Source: Candidatus Thorarchaeota archaeon
Lineage (GTDB): Archaea; Asgardarchaeota; Thorarchaeia; Thorarchaeales; Thorarchaeaceae
Assembly (NCBI GenBank): GCA_011364985.1
Contig: RDOC01000002.1
Location: 96,001 to 160,000, forward strand
DNA length: 64,000 bases
Direction: 5' to 3'
Shown here: positions 58,746-64,000 of the stretch, piece by piece
How the letters are laid out: the number at the start of each line of letters is the position of its first letter
Position numbering within the stretch: position 1 is the stretch's first letter
The notes under the pieces: generated by a model
Database searches by the model: none
What the model was told of the DNA's origin: nothing
Seen by the model: the letters and a program-made list of their open reading frames with translations, nothing else
Translations under genes and position numbers: made by a program

Positions 58746-60023
58746 TCATTCTGCAATCTTTGCAGTAATCCTTGCACCTTCTTCGAGAGCATCTACAAGA
58801 GAGCTTCCTTGACGTGTCTTTATCCGAATAGAACTCTCTCCGTTTCGGCCAATCACAGTAGTGAGAAGATACATATCATCTGCAAATATTTCTACTCGTT
58901 GCTTTGCATACTTCCGACCTGCATATAGTGTGACTTTCTTCTTACTGTAACTGACCGACACTGGAACTGATTCCCCAGGTTTACCACGTCTTTCTTGTTC
59001 TCTTCTGAATGAAACGGCACCAGTTCCCCGGACCGGAACTACAACTTTTTCGCCGCCAAATGAGAACATCTCGAACTCCAATGCACCTCTCTCAAAATCT
59101 CTTACTTCCACTACTGGTCGTGCCAAGTCTCGCTGCGTACCACCAAAACCTGTTGGCAGTCTCACCTTTAGTGAGAGTGAAGAAACCTTTGCCACTCTTC
59201 CATCTTCAATATGAACCACTGTGTCAACAGTGCTAGGAATTTGCCCAAGCTCAACTCGTCCTCCAAGGATGAGTCTTTGAAGCGCATCAATTGCTGAGCC
59301 CGCATGTACGACTCCTACCATGCCTACCCCTGCTGATCTAAGGTCTGAATAGGCTTGGAAGTCTGCATTTTTTCTCAGCTCATCATAAACAACATAGTCC
59401 GGACGAACAAGAAGTAAAACATCCGCAGCTTTTTCCATACTATTATCAAGAGGTGCATACTGCACAATACTTTCCTCGACTTGAAGGTCACGAGGCTGTT
59501 CCAAGGTCTTCACTACATTGCCTTTCCTACTATAAAACTCGGCAAGCGCAGCAGCAAAGGTACTCTTACCAGAGCCAGGCGAACCTGAGATTAGTATTCC
59601 TTCTGCTCTACTCTCAAGTCTATTCATCAGTTTCTCGCCAAGCCCGTAGTCCTCAAGATTTAGCTTGACAATTGGCCGAATAGCTGAAATCTCCATCTTG
59701 TCCGCAAAGGGGCGCATTGCAATTGCAATTCTTAGGTTCCGAAGCTGAACCACAGAAGCGCCATCCTCCTCAATCTCAATGAAAGACTCTGAGTCATATC
59801 GTGCCGTTTCAAGAATTGCTTCAGCAATTGCATTAAGTTCCTCATAGGTGAGAATTCTATCTGATAAATCAACAAGTTCCCAGTTGCCAGGTTGTCCTCT
59901 CTTTGCCCTTGGTGGATTTTTCTCAATCAGATGAACACTCATCGTATGTTCGTCGAAGAAGGCCTCTAGTTTGGAAATATACTCGCTGTACCCCTCATAT
60001 ATTCCATCATCATTTTTCCGCAT
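58746..60023 (-). CDS. PINA-like PilT/VirB11-family ATPase with KH-like tail, lacking the PIN domain
   Basis: FFDEHTMSVHL, GSPGSGKST, LLLVRPDYVVYDELR, GVGMVGVVHA; start at ATG 60023 with GGAG SD. Confidence 0.85.
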   Translation of the reverse strand: MRKNDDGIYEGYSEYISKLEAFFDEHTMSVHLIEKNPPRAKRGQPGNWELVDLSDRILTYEELNAIAEAILETARYDSESFIEIEEDGASVVQLRNLRIAIAMRPFADKMEISAIRPIVKLNLEDYGLGEKLMNRLESRAEGILISGSPGSGKSTFAAALAEFYSRKGNVVKTLEQPRDLQVEESIVQYAPLDNSMEKAADVLLLVRPDYVVYDELRKNADFQAYSDLRSAGVGMVGVVHAGSAIDALQRLILGGRVELGQIPSTVDTVVHIEDGRVAKVSSLSLKVRLPTGFGGTQRDLARPVVEVRDFERGALEFEMFSFGGEKVVVPVRGTGAVSFRREQERRGKPGESVPVSVSYSKKKVTLYAGRKYAKQRVEIFADDMYLLTTVIGRNGESSIRIKTRQGSSLVDALEEGARITAKIAE

Positions 60024-60651
60024 TTGTTTCAACTCCAATCTTGGGCAATGTAGCTTGTGATACCTTGTAGTAATTGACCTCGCCATTCTGGTCGACAAGG
60101 GCAAAAACCAATTTCTTTCTTGACGCCAAGGCTGTTTCAGTAATCAAGTCCAAATCGGTAAGGGATATTGCTTCATCTTCTTTTAGAACATATATCAACT
60201 GGTTGGCACTGGCAGCTCCGGGGCGTTCCCCACGTGCATATACGCGGAATCCAATCACATCCCCGAATCCTTGTCGGACGGCATACCCACGACTTCTCAG
60301 GTCTCTGAAAACCAAGTAGTTCACCCAAAGTCTTGGATTCAAATCTTGAAGTTGATTCACAATATCCTTTGCAGTCACTGATTCTCCTGATTTTGATGTC
60401 ACAACAACTCGTTTTCTTTCGATAAGATGAAGAAGTTCTACGGGTTCCAGTTCCAATCTGCCATCTTTAAGACGAGTACCATAGAAGCCCTGTTGCGAAA
60501 TCCTATCAGCATCATCGCTAATCACATACCCTTTCCCATTTTCGAAGACCGTAGTTGCAGGCTCTTCTTCTAGTTCAATTTCCTCTATGAAATCGTCTTC
60601 AGAATCTTCCAAATCGACCGGCTCAAAACCAGTGCCATTTTTGTCCGACAA
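60010..60651 (-). CDS. tRNA splicing endonuclease subunit, probably structural
   Basis: VFRDLRSRGY, FRVY, SRKKLVFALVD; the expected catalytic His after the FRVY loop is absent. Confidence 0.8.
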   Translation of the reverse strand: MSDKNGTGFEPVDLEDSEDDFIEEIELEEEPATTVFENGKGYVISDDADRISQQGFYGTRLKDGRLELEPVELLHLIERKRVVVTSKSGESVTAKDIVNQLQDLNPRLWVNYLVFRDLRSRGYAVRQGFGDVIGFRVYARGERPGAASANQLIYVLKEDEAISLTDLDLITETALASRKKLVFALVDQNGEVNYYKVSQATLPKIGVETNAEK

Positions 60652-60749
60652 CTTCTTTCTCCTGCTTCATGTAGTCAATTCGCTATTGTGAAAAATCCTT
60701 CGACAGAACCAATGGCAAGAACTATACGCGACATAGGAGTTGCAGACCT

Positions 60750-61250
60750 GTGAACGAACAAAGACTCAAAGAAGAACTAAGGCTTTTCATCTCAGGCGCA
60801 AAGAGAATAGCCATTCTTGGGATTGGGAATGACTTGCGAACAGATGATGGCCTTGGGCCATACGTAATCAATTCGCTCAAAACAAATCACCAAGATATTC
60901 TGATAGAGAATGTAGGTTCGGTACCTGAGGGTTTTGCGCGACCCTTAGCCGAATTTGGTGCTGAAAGGATAATAATGATTGATGCTGCTGATATGCGAAA
61001 ACCACCTGGCCATGTCGAGCTGGTGACAAAGAATCGAATTGGCGGAATTGCACTAAGCACACATAGCATGCCTCTTTCTATGCTCATGTACTATCTTGAA
61101 CAACAGACCAAAGGTGTTACAATCCTTTTGGGAGTCCAACCAGCGAGTATTTTGTTCGGAGAAGGCCTGACCCCCGAGATTCAAAAGGTAGCTAAGAAGA
61201 TTATTAGCACCCTAGACTCTTTGCTTGTTGACCACTTGGGAGGAAAATAG
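60750..61250 (+). CDS. hycI: Hydrogenase maturation protease HycI
   Basis: LGIGNDLRTDDGLG, VPE, IDAA, STHSMPL. Confidence 0.9.
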   Translation: MNEQRLKEELRLFISGAKRIAILGIGNDLRTDDGLGPYVINSLKTNHQDILIENVGSVPEGFARPLAEFGAERIIMIDAADMRKPPGHVELVTKNRIGGIALSTHSMPLSMLMYYLEQQTKGVTILLGVQPASILFGEGLTPEIQKVAKKIISTLDSLLVDHLGGK

Positions 61251-61251
61251 A

Positions 61252-62286
61252 ATGTTCAGGACCATTGAATGGCTCGATGATAACACTGTACGATTCGTGG
61301 ATCAGACAAAACTTCCTCTTGTGACGGAACACATCACAACATCTAGTTACGAACGGATTGCTGAAGCAATTAGAATCATGGAGGTTCGTGGAGCCCCTGC
61401 AATTGGTGCAGCTGCAGGCATGGGAATGGCGCTAGCTGCACTTGAGAATGAGGCACATGCAAAGAACCAGCTAGTCGAGTTTCTTGAACAGGCTGCAATC
61501 ACATTGAATACTAGACCTACTGCTGTAAACCTCACATGGGCAACAAAACGTATGCTTGATGTTGCAAAGGAAACCGAAGGCAATGCAGATCAGGTTACTC
61601 AAAGGCTGATTGAAGAGGCAAAAGAGATTGCTGAAGAAGATGTGCGAATGTGCAGAGCAATTGGAGAAAATGCTCTTTCTTTGATAAAGCCCGGTTTCGC
61701 AATTCAGACAATATGTAATGCAGGTTCTTTGGCTACTGTTCACCTAGGCACAGTAGGAGCCGTGATTCGTATAGCTCATCAGGAATATGGTGGAAGTATC
61801 AAGGTCTATGCCGCTGAAACTAGACCTCGCCAGCAGGGCGCTCGGCTAACGGTCTTTGAGTTCATGGCCGATAATATAGATACTACGCTAATCACAGATG
61901 GAATGATAGGAACGGTGTTCAAAGAGGGACGTGTTGACTGCTGTGTGGTCGGCTCTGACAGAATCTTCCGAACTGGACACATAACCAACAAGATTGGAAC
62001 CTATACGATGGCAATAGCTGCAAGATATCACAACATTCCATTCTATGCTGCAGCTCCTATATCAACAATTGATTGGGAAACTAATCCTAAAGATGTAGTG
62101 ATTGAGGAACGAAATCCAGATGAGATTCGAATGATTAATGGCGAGTATATCACAGTCCCTGATGCAAAGGTCTACAACCCCGCTTTTGACACAACTCCAC
62201 CAGAGCTCATCACAGCAATAATCACTGATCGAGGTATTGTTGAACACCCAAATGAAGAAAAAATGCTGAAGCTGAAAGACCAATAA
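61252..62286 (+). CDS. mtnA: Methylthioribose-1-phosphate isomerase (eIF2B alpha family)
   Basis: DQTKLP, VRGAPAIG, RPTAVNL, CNAGSLAT, ETRP, NKIGTY, NPAFD. Confidence 0.9.
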   Translation: MFRTIEWLDDNTVRFVDQTKLPLVTEHITTSSYERIAEAIRIMEVRGAPAIGAAAGMGMALAALENEAHAKNQLVEFLEQAAITLNTRPTAVNLTWATKRMLDVAKETEGNADQVTQRLIEEAKEIAEEDVRMCRAIGENALSLIKPGFAIQTICNAGSLATVHLGTVGAVIRIAHQEYGGSIKVYAAETRPRQQGARLTVFEFMADNIDTTLITDGMIGTVFKEGRVDCCVVGSDRIFRTGHITNKIGTYTMAIAARYHNIPFYAAAPISTIDWETNPKDVVIEERNPDEIRMINGEYITVPDAKVYNPAFDTTPPELITAIITDRGIVEHPNEEKMLKLKDQ

Positions 62287-62305
62287 AAGTTGTTGAGTTG
62301 ATTCT

Positions 62306-63196
62306 GTGAGTACAATTCGGCTTGAATTTGTAACAACTCAGGGCAAATCTGGCAGTTTCGAAATCGATTCAGAGGAAACTGTGGCTGATTTCAAAGAAAA
62401 CGACATCAGGACAATCGATCTAGCTCCTTTGAACACGTGTTCCAAACTCGAAAGTCTCTCCTTGGCACGTAACAGTATCTCAACTCTAAGTTTCAATCCA
62501 CTTGCAGGACTCACTTCTCTGAAATGGCTAGATCTTAGTCACAATCAACTTGAAAGCATAGATTTGGCCCAGTTAGAACCCTACATGGCCTTGGAACGGT
62601 TATCGCTCTCATACAATCCTCTAAAACGGGTAGATTTGTCACCGATAAGTCACTGCACACAGCTTCAAACGTTAAGACTAACTAGCACACAGCTTCAAAC
62701 TCTTGATCTGAATCCACTAAGGAGCTGTTCCTATCTTGAACAGCTATCTATAGCCTTCAATGAATTGGAAGAAATAGACCTAAGACCCCTAGCAGACTCT
62801 AATCGACTCCAGATTCTATCTATGAATCGAAATCTGTTGAAAGAAGTTGACCTCTTCCCTCTTGGAAAATGTTCTGCCCTGAGGACGCTCAATCTTGGTG
62901 ACAACCAGCTTACGCACATAGAGCTGGAACCACTCCGTACCTGTACGAATCTCCTTTCTCTTATCCTGAACAAAAACAAATTAAAATCCATCAATCTGGA
63001 ACCAATTGGCTCACATAGAAGTCTAAAGGGACTCGACTTGAGCATGAATCAGCTAAAAACGATCAATCTTGTACATCTGCAATATTGCAGCGAGATGCAA
63101 GAAATCAAGCTTTATGACAATCCTCTTGAACACATTATCAAACCAGATTCTCAACGCTCTAGGTCACTTTTAGAAGATCTCTCAAGATCCAAATAG
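62306..63196 (+). CDS. Leucine-rich repeat protein
   Basis: About ten 22-aa LxxLxLxxNxLxxIDLxPL repeats. Confidence 0.92.
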   Translation: MSTIRLEFVTTQGKSGSFEIDSEETVADFKENDIRTIDLAPLNTCSKLESLSLARNSISTLSFNPLAGLTSLKWLDLSHNQLESIDLAQLEPYMALERLSLSYNPLKRVDLSPISHCTQLQTLRLTSTQLQTLDLNPLRSCSYLEQLSIAFNELEEIDLRPLADSNRLQILSMNRNLLKEVDLFPLGKCSALRTLNLGDNQLTHIELEPLRTCTNLLSLILNKNKLKSINLEPIGSHRSLKGLDLSMNQLKTINLVHLQYCSEMQEIKLYDNPLEHIIKPDSQRSRSLLEDLSRSK

Positions 63197-63242
63197 CATC
63201 ATCATGGAAGGCCTTAAGAACAGATTAACATCCGAATTCTTG

Positions 63243-63320
63243 GGGCGCGTAGTCTAGCATGGATAAGGCGCCAGCCTTCGAAGTTGGAGGCCCCAGGTTC
63301 GAATCCTGGCGCGCCCGCCA
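63243..63320 (+). tRNA. tRNA-Arg(TCG), intronless
   Basis: GGGCGCG/CGCGCCC acceptor, CCAGC-CTTCGAA-GTTGG, GCCA end. Confidence 0.95.
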
Positions 63321-63629
63321 TATCTGTTTCTTCTATTCCAAACAATCAAATGGACCGGAATCTAGTATCTAGTGATGTGACCATGCGAAGAATACACATT
63401 GCTTGAGAATATGCTTGTTCTTATCATTCCGTATATATTTTCATGTTAGTCGTCTATTTCTTGGTAAAACCATTTCTCAAACGAAAAATAACAGAGAAGA
63501 TCGCTAATTCTGATTCCACTAGCAAAGAAGAAAACGACGAATAATGGTAAACCGCTTCTCATTTTGGTATCAAACAAGGCATTCTGAAATCAAATTGATG
63601 AATCCAGTACCTTCTCCCTATTTTGGATA

Positions 63630-63848
63630 TCAATCAGCACAAATCAAACACAATCCAAGTAGGAATACGAATTCCAGTGGAATAGAGATGTATAGAAATC
63701 CAACAGAAGCAATTACCCATATTAGTTCTCCAAATGCATCTTCAGGGTAAAAAACATTGACTGTGTAATCAAATAGCCAACCGGTAGCGATGACCCAAGA
63801 TACGAAGCCGATAACCATTAACAAAAGTCTAACATGATACTGCTTCAC
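63630..63848 (-). CDS. Small membrane protein or 5' fragment of a disrupted membrane-protein gene
   Basis: Two hydrophobic helices; further hydrophobic coding-like sequence downstream in other frames. Confidence 0.4.
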   Translation of the reverse strand: MKQYHVRLLLMVIGFVSWVIATGWLFDYTVNVFYPEDAFGELIWVIASVGFLYISIPLEFVFLLGLCLICAD

Positions 63849-64000
63849 AAAATTGCACGCAGTTCCATATCATAGTCCTAGTTGACTTTAGACTTTTCAT
63901 TTTCACAATCTCATTTCTTTCCTAGTTTCTTACTCCATACTTCTATGAAATACTTGAGTGACCTGTCATAGGTTTTCTCCGCATCTTCTGGAAATAGACA

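Noticed and set aside
62431-62442. Another GAACACGTGTTC palindrome
   Set aside because: Isolated copy inside the LRR coding sequence, far from the origin; likely chance

Overview
Chromosomal window from an archaeon, most likely an Asgard archaeon (Thorarchaeia-like). This assignment is inferred from Rpo8/Rpb8, GatDE, NAC, PAN, TFE, LRR and large Ig-like proteins, and tRNAs with encoded CCA and many introns. Most genes are housekeeping or metabolic. There are seven tRNA genes, five with BHB introns; several introns sit at non-canonical positions and one appears nested in another. The most interesting stretch is 22.2-37.5 kb. It holds (i) a probable replication origin: two inverted ORB elements around an ~80% AT spacer at 26.44-26.61 kb, bracketed by GAACACGTGTTC palindromes and near an apparent GC-skew flip; (ii) a second, canonical ORB inside a TGTGAAT array next to a winged-helix gene; (iii) a cluster of TGTA(A/T)TACA sites spread over ~10 kb, several inside coding sequences, ending in a 27-bp palindrome upstream of an operon for an ExeA/TnsC/MuB-like AAA+ ATPase and a ParG/SegB-like ribbon-helix-helix protein, which is a candidate new origin-linked chromosome segregation system; and (iv) a ~177-nt rod-shaped putative ncRNA. 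A second candidate system at 3.8-19.9 kb (TFB paralog, type IV pilus ATPase, pilin, membrane-anchored VirB4/HerA-like ATPase, VirB2-like protein, two large surface proteins) resembles a DNA-transfer or uptake machine. All calls were made by eye from the sequence and the ORF track; no searches were run.
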